NCBI GenBank assembly: GCA_024400635.1
Contig: JAKSMI010000002.1
Coordinates: 120,305 to 184,304, forward strand
Direction of reading: 5' to 3'
Length of the DNA: 64,000 bases
From: Bacteroidales bacterium
GTDB taxonomy: Bacteria; Bacteroidota; Bacteroidia; Bacteroidales; WCHB1-69
Under the pieces are notes generated by a model, which had not been told where the DNA came from, ran no database searches, and saw only the letters and a program-made list of their open reading frames with translations. Positions 53,447 to 62,000 of this stretch are shown piece after piece (the stretch's first letter is position 1; every line of letters starts with the position of its first letter). Both the position numbers and the translations under genes were made by a program.

Positions 53447-54640
53447 ATGAGCAAGATAGAAGAACTAATTAAGAAACATTGTCCAAACGGGGTGGAATAT
53501 ATTCCTATTGGGCAATTGATTTCAAGAGTAAGAGAAAAAGGCAAAAACAATCCTGATATTCAAACAGTGTATGCCATTAGCAACAAATTAGGTGTTGTTA
53601 AATCTTCAGATTATCACGATTTTGAAATACATAGCAGCGACACCTCTAATTATGTTGTATTACGAAAAGGTAATTTCGCATATAATCCTGCACGTTTAAA
53701 TATTGGTTCTATAGCATATTTGCAAACTAACGAAGCAGGATTAGTAAGTCCTATGTATGTTGTATTTCAAATCAATGAAAAACTGATTACGCAAGAATAT
53801 TTGTTTTTGGTAATAAAATCTCAAAGAGTAATATCATTAATAAATGGACTTACAGAAGAAGGAGCAAGGTTCCGTTTTGATTTTGAACGTTGGAATAAAA
53901 TTTCCATCCCCCTCCCGCCGCTCCCCGTGCAGGAGGAAATCGTGCGGATATTGGACAAGTTCACTACGCTGGAAGCAGAGCTGCAAGCAGAGCTGGAAGC
54001 ACGGCGGAAACAGTATGAGTACTATCGGGATAAGCTGCTGAATGTAGATTGTAGAATGCAGAATGTAGAATGGAAGAAGTTGGGAAACATTGGTAAGGTC
54101 TGCATGTGTAAGAGGATATTGAAGCAGCAAACCTCAGCAGAAGGCGATATCCCATTTTTCAAAATAGGAACTTTTGGAGGAGAAGCGGATGCATATATTT
54201 CACGAGAGTTATTTGAATTATACAAATCGAAGTATTCATATCCTAAAAAAGGAGATGTGCTTATATCTGCTGCTGGGACAATTGGAAGAACTATTGTTTT
54301 TGATGGAGAACCAGCGTATTTCCAAGATAGTAATATTGTTTGGTTAAAACATGATGAGACAGTTGTATTAAACTCGTATTTAAGATATTGCTACTCAATG
54401 AATCCTTGGGCGGTTTCTACAGGTGGCACTATCGCTAGATTATATAATGATAATATACTTAATGCTGTTATCCCGGTTCCGCCCCTTCCCGAGCAGGAGC
54501 GCATCGTTTCAATCCTCGACCGCTTCGACACTCTCGTGAACGACATCTCCCAAGGCCTGCCCGCCGAGATAGAGGCACGCAAGAAGCAGTACGAATATTA
54601 TAGGGATAAATTGTTGACGTTTAGAGAATGTAGAATGTAG
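53447..54640 (+). CDS. hsdS: Type I restriction-modification system specificity subunit (two TRDs)
   Basis: There are two target-recognition regions. Each is followed by a conserved region: LPPLPVQEEIVRILDKFTTLEAELQAELEARRKQYEYYRDKLL, and PPLPEQERIVSILDRFDTLVNDISQGLPAEIEARKKQYEYYRDKLLTF. Confidence 0.9.
   Translation: MSKIEELIKKHCPNGVEYIPIGQLISRVREKGKNNPDIQTVYAISNKLGVVKSSDYHDFEIHSSDTSNYVVLRKGNFAYNPARLNIGSIAYLQTNEAGLVSPMYVVFQINEKLITQEYLFLVIKSQRVISLINGLTEEGARFRFDFERWNKISIPLPPLPVQEEIVRILDKFTTLEAELQAELEARRKQYEYYRDKLLNVDCRMQNVEWKKLGNIGKVCMCKRILKQQTSAEGDIPFFKIGTFGGEADAYISRELFELYKSKYSYPKKGDVLISAAGTIGRTIVFDGEPAYFQDSNIVWLKHDETVVLNSYLRYCYSMNPWAVSTGGTIARLYNDNILNAVIPVPPLPEQERIVSILDRFDTLVNDISQGLPAEIEARKKQYEYYRDKLLTFRECRM
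54037..54071 (+). repeat. Heptamer array inside hsdS, directly after the central conserved region
   Basis: GCTGAAT GTAGATT GTAGAAT GCAGAAT GTAGAAT is translated as NVDCRMQNVEW. The GCAGAAT unit supplies CAG at the position where the terminal array supplies the TAG stop. Confidence 0.85.
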
Positions 54641-54678
54641 AATGTAGAATGTAGAATGCAGAATTTAGAATGTAGAAT
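54623..54678 (+). repeat. Heptamer array (8 units) spanning the hsdS stop codon and ending 1 nt before the four-helix-bundle gene ATG
   Basis: AGAGAAT, then GTAGAAT x4, then GCAGAAT TTAGAAT GTAGAAT. The hsdS stop TAG (54638-54640) lies inside the array. Confidence 0.9.
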
Positions 54679-54679
54679 T

Positions 54680-55054
54680 ATGAAGGAGAATATTTTATTG
54701 AATAAAAGTAAGTTGTTGGCGTTAAGGATTATTCGTTTATATCAATATTTGTGCGAGGAGAAGAAGGAGTTTGTTTTGTCGAAGCAAGTGCTTCGTAGCG
54801 GTACAAGTATCGGTGCGAATGTGAGGGAAGCCAATCGTTCCCAATCTAAAAAAGAGTTTATCGCCAAACTGAATATTTCACTAAAAGAAACTGACGAAAC
54901 AATGTATTGGCTTGAATTACTTCACGAAAGCAATTATATCGAAACCGAACCTTATAACAGTATCTATGCCGATACAGAAGAAATACTCAAACTATTAGTA
55001 TCTATTATAAAATCAACAAAGAAGAACGTAAAGAATGCAGAATGCAGAAGGTAG
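54680..55054 (+). CDS. Four-helix-bundle protein (23S rRNA intervening-sequence protein / Avd-like family), copy 1
   Basis: 124 aa with the LRSGTSIGANVREA motif typical of the family. I start at the ATG at 54680. Confidence 0.8.
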   Translation: MKENILLNKSKLLALRIIRLYQYLCEEKKEFVLSKQVLRSGTSIGANVREANRSQSKKEFIAKLNISLKETDETMYWLELLHESNYIETEPYNSIYADTEEILKLLVSIIKSTKKNVKNAECRR

Positions 55055-55106
55055 AATGTAGAATGGATAACCCACCCAATTCTACATTCATAATTCTACA
55101 TTCTAC
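55030..55106. repeat. Forward heptamer array and inverted heptamer array forming a hairpin at the 3' end of cassette 1
   Basis: The forward units are AAAGAAT GCAGAAT GCAGAAG GTAGAAT GTAGAAT (55030-55064). The loop is ATAACCCACCC. The inverted units are ATTCTAC ATTCATA ATTCTAC ATTCTAC (55079-55106). Confidence 0.85.
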
Positions 55107-55174
55107 ATTAATTAAAATGAAGCAGTACGAATATTACCGAAACAAATTGTTGACATTCAAAGAAAAACAGCATA

Positions 55175-56845
55175 ATGACAGAACAAGAAATCAAAGCTTA
55201 TATCAAACAGAATTTCCCATACGAGAACGAATCTTGTGATTGGAAAAACTACGCCAATTTGAAAAATACGTTGTGCGGACACGAAGGAGACGATGTGGTA
55301 TCGTATGTGTCGGCATTATCCAACGTAAACGGTGGCGCATTGGTGATTGGCGTTGAAGATAAGACCCTGGATATTATAGGTATTCAAGATTTTGCCAACT
55401 ATACTCCCGAATCTGCCAAATATCGCATAGTAGAAAAATGCCGAAATCTTAATTCGGAGAATCTTGAAATTTTACCATTGTTTGCCGAAGATTCGCATAA
55501 AACAGTTTGGATTGTAAATGTACCAAAACACTCTCCAAGATTGCCTGTTTATGCCCACAACAAAGCGTGGCAGCGCATTGGCGATTCACTCGTTGAAATG
55601 ACACAAGAAAGGCGTGAGGCTATTCTTTCTGAAATCGTTGTAGAAGAAGATTGGAGTTCTGCCATTATAGAAGATGCTACTATCGATGACTTGGATAGCG
55701 ATGCCATAGAAAAAGCAAAAAAGGAATTTGCGAAACGTAATCCTCACAAAGTGGATGAAATGCAGATTTGGGATGATATTACGTTTCTCAATAAAGCCAA
55801 ACTAACCATACGTGGGAAAATAACCCGCACTGCTTTGATGCTTTTAGGTAAAGAAGAATCAGAATTTCTATTAAATCCATTTGTCGCTAAAATCAGATGG
55901 TCGCTTCGTAGTTTGGGTTCAAATGAAAATAAGGATTACGATGTCTTTTCTATGCCATTACTGCTTAGCGTTGACAAACTGTACAACAAAATTCGCAATG
56001 TCAAATATCGTCTTGTTCGTCCTGATTCTCTCTTCCCTGATGAAATGCTCAGGTATGATATGTTCAACATTCGCGAACCCTTGAATAATGCCATTGCGCA
56101 CCAAGATTACACAAAACGAGCCCGCATTGAAGTGGTTGAATTTGAAGACGACCACCTTGTGTTTCAAAACGCTGGAACATTCCTGCCTAAAAGCGTTGAA
56201 GATGTGATAAATAAAGATTGTCCCGAATCTATTTATAGAAACACATTTCTTGTTGAAGCAATGCGAAACCTGAATATGGTAGAAACCGAAGGCGGCGGAA
56301 TAAAGAAAATGTTCCAAAAACAGAAAATCCGTTTTTTCCCTATGCCAGAATATGACCTTAGCAACAATCTTGTCAAAGTTGAAATTATAGGCAAAGTGGT
56401 AGATGAGGAATTTGCCAAACTTTTGACAAAGAATCCACAACTTTCATTATCAGATATTCTCTTGCTTGACAAAGTTCAAAAACGAAAAGTTTTGAATGAT
56501 GGCGAAATTGCATATTTAAGAAAAAAAGGATTTATCGAAGGTAGGAAACCAAATTTCTTTTTGTCGGAGAATGTTGTAAAACCAATTGACAATAAAAAAC
56601 TGAAGGCCGATTATATTAAAAACCGCAATTTCGATGATTCGCATTATAAGGATATGATTCTTAATTACATTAAGAAATACAAAAAAGCGAGTAAATCAGA
56701 TATAAGCAATCTAATTATAGACAAATTATCTCCTGTGCTTTCGGATAAGCAAAAACAGAGCAAAGTTTCCAATTTGCTTTCTTCTTTAAGAATAGATGGT
56801 AAAATAGAATGCGTTAATCGCTTTTGGGTAATAAAGAAAAATTAA
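55175..56845 (+). CDS. AlbA_2/Schlafen-like DNA-binding domain protein with a GHKL-type ATPase-like region and C-terminal wHTH, copy 2
   Basis: 556 aa and a paralogue of 44172-45860, with the same conserved blocks. Confidence 0.65.
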   Translation: MTEQEIKAYIKQNFPYENESCDWKNYANLKNTLCGHEGDDVVSYVSALSNVNGGALVIGVEDKTLDIIGIQDFANYTPESAKYRIVEKCRNLNSENLEILPLFAEDSHKTVWIVNVPKHSPRLPVYAHNKAWQRIGDSLVEMTQERREAILSEIVVEEDWSSAIIEDATIDDLDSDAIEKAKKEFAKRNPHKVDEMQIWDDITFLNKAKLTIRGKITRTALMLLGKEESEFLLNPFVAKIRWSLRSLGSNENKDYDVFSMPLLLSVDKLYNKIRNVKYRLVRPDSLFPDEMLRYDMFNIREPLNNAIAHQDYTKRARIEVVEFEDDHLVFQNAGTFLPKSVEDVINKDCPESIYRNTFLVEAMRNLNMVETEGGGIKKMFQKQKIRFFPMPEYDLSNNLVKVEIIGKVVDEEFAKLLTKNPQLSLSDILLLDKVQKRKVLNDGEIAYLRKKGFIEGRKPNFFLSENVVKPIDNKKLKADYIKNRNFDDSHYKDMILNYIKKYKKASKSDISNLIIDKLSPVLSDKQKQSKVSNLLSSLRIDGKIECVNRFWVIKKN

Positions 56846-57092
56846 ACGAGTTATTCGGTTATGTGCGATCGGTTGCATTCTATCTATATAACTGTCAATG
56901 ATATGGACAACTAAAATTTAAACGATTTAATTGATTTTGCACTTGATAAAACAATATAAATATTTGATAACCAACGTCATAACTTGTCGAAATTTAAACG
57001 ATTTAAACAAGAACAATGACTAATAATAAAGTGCCGAGATTGAATCCCGCAGAAAACAATACGAATATTACCGCGATAAATTATTGACGTTT

Positions 57093-57155
57093 AGAGAATG
57101 CAGAAGGCAGAATGTAGAATGCAGAATGTAGAATTTAGAATGCAGAATGTAGAAT
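57093..57155 (+). repeat. Heptamer array (9 units) upstream of four-helix-bundle gene copy 2
   Basis: AGAGAAT GCAGAAG GCAGAAT GTAGAAT GCAGAAT GTAGAAT TTAGAAT GCAGAAT GTAGAAT, followed by T and then ATG. Confidence 0.9.
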
Positions 57156-57156
57156 T

Positions 57157-57531
57157 ATGAAGGAAAATGTTTTATTGAATAAAAGTAAGTTGTTGGCTTT
57201 AAGGATTATTCGTTTATATCAATATTTGTGCGAGGAGAAGAAGGAGTTTGTTTTGTCGAAGCAAGTGCTTCGTAGCGGTACAAGTATCGGTGCGAATGTG
57301 AGGGAAGCCAATCGTTCCCAATCTAAAAAAGAGTTTATCGCCAAACTGAATATTTCACTAAAAGAAACTGACGAAACAATGTATTGGCTTGAATTACTTC
57401 ACGAAAGCAATTATATCGAAACCGAACCTTATAACAGTATCTATGCCGATACAGAAGAAATACTCAAACTATTAGTATCTATTATAAAATCAACAAAGAA
57501 GAACGTAAAGAATGCAGAATGCAGAAGGTAG
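57157..57531 (+). CDS. Four-helix-bundle protein (23S rRNA intervening-sequence protein / Avd-like family), copy 2
   Basis: It differs from copy 1 at a single residue (I5V). Confidence 0.8.
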   Translation: MKENVLLNKSKLLALRIIRLYQYLCEEKKEFVLSKQVLRSGTSIGANVREANRSQSKKEFIAKLNISLKETDETMYWLELLHESNYIETEPYNSIYADTEEILKLLVSIIKSTKKNVKNAECRR

Positions 57532-57583
57532 AATGTAGAATGGATAACCCACCCAATTCTACATTCATAATTCTACATTCTAA
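57507..57583. repeat. Forward and inverted heptamer arrays at the 3' end of cassette 2
   Basis: Same arrangement as 55030-55106. The inverted units lie at 57556-57583. Confidence 0.85.
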
Positions 57584-57657
57584 ATTAATTAAAATGAAGC
57601 AATACGAATATTACCGCGATAAATTATTGACATTCAAAAGAAAGGAAGCATAGTCAA

Positions 57658-57745
57658 ATTTGAATCATCGAAAAAATGTTGGTTTTTATGATTTGAATCA
57701 TCGAAAAAATGTTTATTTTTGCAATTTGAATCATCGAAAAAGTGT
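57658..57745 (+). repeat. Three tandem 33-bp repeats (core ATTTGAATCATCGAAAAA) upstream of the DUF4143-type ATPase gene
   Basis: The cores start at 57658, 57691 and 57724. A TAttTTTG box (57714-57721) lies within the second unit. Confidence 0.85.
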
Positions 57746-57771
57746 ATTCTGCAAAAAAATATGTAAACGTC

Positions 57772-59079
57772 ATGTACAGGAAAATCATTGAGAGACTGAA
57801 AGAATGGAAGACCAGTGACGACAGAAAACCGCTTGTTCTTCTCGGAGCGAGGCAGGTTGGAAAGACTTGGCTTATGAAAGAGTTCGGACAGACATGTTAC
57901 GACTCTATGGCATACTTGAATTGCGACAACGAGCCGTTGGCGAAAGATTTGTTCAACGCCGACTACAACATTCCGCGGATTCTGCTTGCCATCCAAGCCA
58001 TAACCGGCGTGAAGGTTGAACCCGGCAGAACACTCATTGTTATCGACGAGATACAAGAAGTTCAGCGCGGCCTGCACAGCCTCAAGTATTTCTGCGAAAA
58101 CGCCCCTGAATATCACGTGGTTGCAGCAGGCTCGCTGCTTGGCGTGACACTCGGACAAAAAGAGTCTTTTCCCGTGGGAAAGGTGAACATGCTTCAGGTA
58201 CAGCCCATGGATTTTGAAGAGTTCATGATAGCGACCGGACATCAAAACCTGCTCGACAGCATGCGCCAAGGCGACTGGTCCTTGCTCGACATGCTTGATG
58301 CAAAATATCAGGAACTGTTGAGGCAGTATTATTTTGTCGGCGGCATGCCCGAAGCAGTAAAGCAGTATGTGCTGCATCAGGATTTGAAACAGGTGAGGAC
58401 CATTCAGAGCGAGATAATGGAATCATACAGAAAGGACATCGCCAAACATGCCACCAAAGCAGAAGCCGTCCGCATCACGCAAGTGCTCGACACCATTGTC
58501 TCCCAGCTGACAAAGGAAAACAAGAAATTCATATATGGGGTAATCAAGAAAGGGGCGAGGGCCGCGCAGTATGAATTAGCCATACAGTGGCTCATTGACG
58601 CGGGTATAGTGTACAAGGTGCCGCGGGTCTCTGCAATCAAAATGCCCCTGAAAGCATACGAGGATGCAGGAGCGTTCAAGCTGTTCCTTCTCGACTGCGG
58701 ACTCTTTGGCCTGCTAGCCGATGCCCCCGCCAATCTGGTGCTGACAAGCAACAACATCTTCAAGGAATATAAAGGGGCTTTCACAGAGCAATATGTCTTC
58801 CAGCAGTTGTCGGCTTTGAATATACATCCTCATTATTGGAGTAATGACGGCACTCCGGCGGAAATAGACTTTGTGATTCAGGCAGAAGGGAGACCCATCC
58901 CCATTGAAGTGAAAGCTGAAGAAAATGTGCGTGCAAAAAGTATGTCGGAATATATCAAAAACCATCCTGATGATCAGTTGAAAGGATTACGTATCTCAAT
59001 GCGAGAATATGTCAATCAGGATTGGATGGAGAACATACCTCTGTATGCCATCGCGAAATATATGTCGAATGTCAAGTGA
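57772..59079 (+). CDS. AAA-family ATPase (AAA_14 + DUF4143-type)
   Basis: Walker A GARQVGKTWL and Walker B LIVIDEIQ. I start at the ATG at 57772 (MYRKIIERL). Confidence 0.75.
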   Translation: MYRKIIERLKEWKTSDDRKPLVLLGARQVGKTWLMKEFGQTCYDSMAYLNCDNEPLAKDLFNADYNIPRILLAIQAITGVKVEPGRTLIVIDEIQEVQRGLHSLKYFCENAPEYHVVAAGSLLGVTLGQKESFPVGKVNMLQVQPMDFEEFMIATGHQNLLDSMRQGDWSLLDMLDAKYQELLRQYYFVGGMPEAVKQYVLHQDLKQVRTIQSEIMESYRKDIAKHATKAEAVRITQVLDTIVSQLTKENKKFIYGVIKKGARAAQYELAIQWLIDAGIVYKVPRVSAIKMPLKAYEDAGAFKLFLLDCGLFGLLADAPANLVLTSNNIFKEYKGAFTEQYVFQQLSALNIHPHYWSNDGTPAEIDFVIQAEGRPIPIEVKAEENVRAKSMSEYIKNHPDDQLKGLRISMREYVNQDWMENIPLYAIAKYMSNVK

Positions 59080-59089
59080 AATCAGCATT

Positions 59090-62000
59090 ATGACCCAATA
59101 TAACATCATCGCCGAAACCCCCGAATGCACGGTGGTCAGCGACTACCAAGCTCCCTACAATTCCCGTTCCACCGCATACCAAAGTGAAGCGGCATTGGAA
59201 ATGGCGTTCATTGAGGAACTGCAAAAGCAGGCATACGACTACCTGCCAATCAAATCGGAGCAGGAGTTGATTTTTAACCTGCGAAACCAGTTGGAAATCC
59301 TCAATGATTATCTGTTCACGCCAACCGAATGGGAACGGTTCTACACCACCATTATCGCCAAGGCCGATAGCGGCATTGTGGAAAAGACAACCCTCATTCA
59401 AGAGGACTGCGTGCAGGTATTGAAAAGGGATGACGGCAGTTTCAAGAACATAAAACTGATAGACAAAGACCATATCCACAACAACCGTCTGCAAGTAATC
59501 AATCAGTATGTTCCGCAAGGCGGTAAGGCCGAAAACCGTTATGACGTGAGCGTGTTGGTCAATGGTCTGCCGTTGGTTCACATAGAACTGAAACGCAGGG
59601 GCGTGGACATTAAGGAAGCGTTCAACCAAATCAACCGTTATCAACGAGAAAGTTTTTGGAGTGGGTGCGGTCTGTTCGAGTTTGTGCAGATATTCGTAAT
59701 CAGCAACGGAACCTACACCAAGTACTATTCCAACACAACCCGTTTCGCCCATATCAAGGAGCAGGCGGGTAAACCGAATCACAAGGGCAAACGCACCAGC
59801 AATTCATTTGAGTTCACTTCGTGGTGGGCAGACGCAAACAACACGCCGATAACCGACTTGATGGACTTTGCCAGGACTTTCTTTGCCAAGCACACCATAC
59901 TGAACATACTGACCAAATACTGCGTGTTCACGGAGGAAAGATTATTATTGGCGATGCGTCCCTATCAAATCGTGGCCACGGAAAGAATCATAAGCAAAAT
60001 CAACATTGCCACCCAATACAAGAAGTTTGCCCCTGCCGAAAGTGGTGGATACATTTGGCATACCACAGGCAGCGGCAAGACTTTAACCAGTTTCAAGACC
60101 GCACAAATCGCAAGCAAACTGCCGTACATTGACAAGGTGCTGTTCGTGGTAGATAGGAAGGATTTGGACTACCAGACAATGAAGGAGTATGACCGCTTTG
60201 AAAAGGGAGCGGCCAATGGCAATACTAGTACGGCGATTCTCAAGAAACAGTTGGAGAATGCTGAATGCAAGATAATCATTACGACCATACAGAAGTTGTC
60301 AATCTTCACTAAGAAGAATACGGGACACGAGGTGTTCAAGAAGCATTTGGTATTGATATTTGACGAATGCCACCGTTCCCAATTTGGCGATATGCACCGC
60401 CTCATTACCAAGCATTTCAAGCAGTGCCATTTGTTCGGATTTACGGGAACACCTATTTTTGCAGTCAACTCCAGCTCCAATGCCGCCGCCGACCTCAAGA
60501 CCACGGCACAGGCATTCGGGGAGAAACTACACACCTACACCATTGTAGATGCCATCAACGACAAGAACGTGCTGCCGTTCCGTGTAGATTACATTAAGAC
60601 AATCAAGGAAGAAGAACATATCATTGACAAGAAAGTCAGCGACATAGATAGAGAAAAGGCACTATTGTCGAAAGAACGAATCAGCAATGTGGTTTCGTAC
60701 ATTTTGGAACATTTCAATCAGAAAACCAAGCGCAACGAATACTACCAACTGAAGGAACGCCGATTGCGCGGATTCAACTCCATATTCTGCGTGCAAAGCA
60801 TTGAGGCCGCAAAACTCTACTACACGGAGTTCAAGAAGCAGATGGCATTGCTTCCACCTGACCAGCAGTTGAAAGTCGCAACCATTTACAGTTATGCCGC
60901 CAACGAAGCCGATGACGAAAACGGCTTTATGGGGGATGAGAACAACGAGGACACCGAGAGTTTGGATATGGTCAGCAAGGACTTTTTGCAGCAGGCGGTT
61001 TACGACTACAACAAAATGTTCAGCACCAACTTTGACATATCTGCCGATAAGTTTCAAAACTACTACAAGAACTTGTCGCAAAGGGTAAAGAATCGTGAGG
61101 TTGATTTGCTGATAGTGGTCAATATGTTCCTCACGGGCTTTGACGCAACAACCCTCAATACTTTGTGGGTAGATAAGAACCTGCGATTGCACGGCTTGTT
61201 GCAAGCATATTCACGCACCAACCGAATCCTCAACTCCGTCAAGACCTTTGGCAATATTGTATGTTTCCGAAACCTTGAAGACGCAACCAACGAGAGCATA
61301 GGGCTGTTTGGCGACAAGGACGCAGGCGGCATTGTACTGCTGAAAACATACGAAGACTACTACGAAGGCTACACTGACAAGAAAGACAAGGAACACAAGG
61401 GATACAAGGTGCTGATAGAGGAATTGCAGGAAAGATTCCCCGTCGGCAAACTGATAGTCAGCGAACAGAATCAAAAGGATTTCGTCAGATTATACAATGC
61501 AATCTTGAAATTGAAAAACATACTGACCGCATTTGACAAGTTTGCGGGCAATGAGATTCTTTCCGACCGAGATTTCCAGGACTACCACAGCACCTACATT
61601 GACATATACAATGCCATTCGTCCGCAAGTTGGACAAAAGGAGAATATCAATGACGACCTTGTCTTTGAAATGGAACTTATCAAGCAGGTCGAAATCAACA
61701 TTGATTACATTCTAATGCTCATTAAGAAGTATCACGAAAGCCATTTGCAAGATAAGGAAATCGTAGTCAATATCAGCAAGGCAATCAGTTCAAGTATGGA
61801 ACTTCGATACAAGAAGCAGTTGATAGAACAGTTCATTGACAGTCTCACCCCAGCAAGCGATGTGGATAGTGATTGGCGGGCATACGTTCAGCGGCAGAAG
61901 GAGGACGAACTGAACGCCATTATCGCAGACGAAAAGTTGAAGGAAGAAGAAACCAAAGCGTTTATGGAAAATGCGTTCAAAGATGGAGAACTACAAACAA

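Larger units (their letters stand above)
54584..55158 (+). repeat. Four-helix-bundle gene cassette, copy 1 (hsdS conserved-region copy + heptamers + gene + inverted heptamers + second conserved-region copy)
   Basis: Near-identical to 57034-57635. Both flanks encode KQYEYYR(D/N)KLLTF. Confidence 0.85.
57034..57635 (+). repeat. Four-helix-bundle gene cassette, copy 2, beginning with an orphan hsdS 3' remnant
   Basis: 57034-57092 encodes AEIESRRKQYEYYRDKLLTFRE with no TRD upstream. It is followed by 9 heptamers, the gene, the inverted heptamers, and another KQYEYYRDKLLTF copy (57597-57635). Confidence 0.85.

Noticed and set aside
55042-55239. 65-aa ORF between four-helix-bundle gene 1 and the AlbA_2-like gene
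   Set aside because: It is composed of the inverted heptamer array plus a duplicated hsdS conserved-region fragment, and it overlaps the real start at 55175. It is a remnant, not a gene.
56914-57006. 17-nt direct repeat AAATTTAAACGATTTAA (56914-56930 and 56990-57006)
   Set aside because: The repeat is real but AT-rich and short, in a decayed intergenic remnant. There is not enough evidence to assign a function beyond noting it.
54680-57531. Diversity-generating retroelement (because the four-helix-bundle proteins are Avd-like)
   Set aside because: I found no reverse transcriptase ORF and no template/variable repeat pair in the window. The family membership alone is not evidence for a DGR.
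49655-57583. Heptamer or 11-mer arrays as CRISPR arrays
   Set aside because: The units are 7 or 11 nt and directly tandem, with no spacers. No cas genes are present in the window.
57634-58377. 247-aa minus-strand ORF, plus ORFs 59072-59782 and 60662-61204 on the minus strand
   Set aside because: They are antisense shadows of the DUF4143-type ATPase and hsdR genes.
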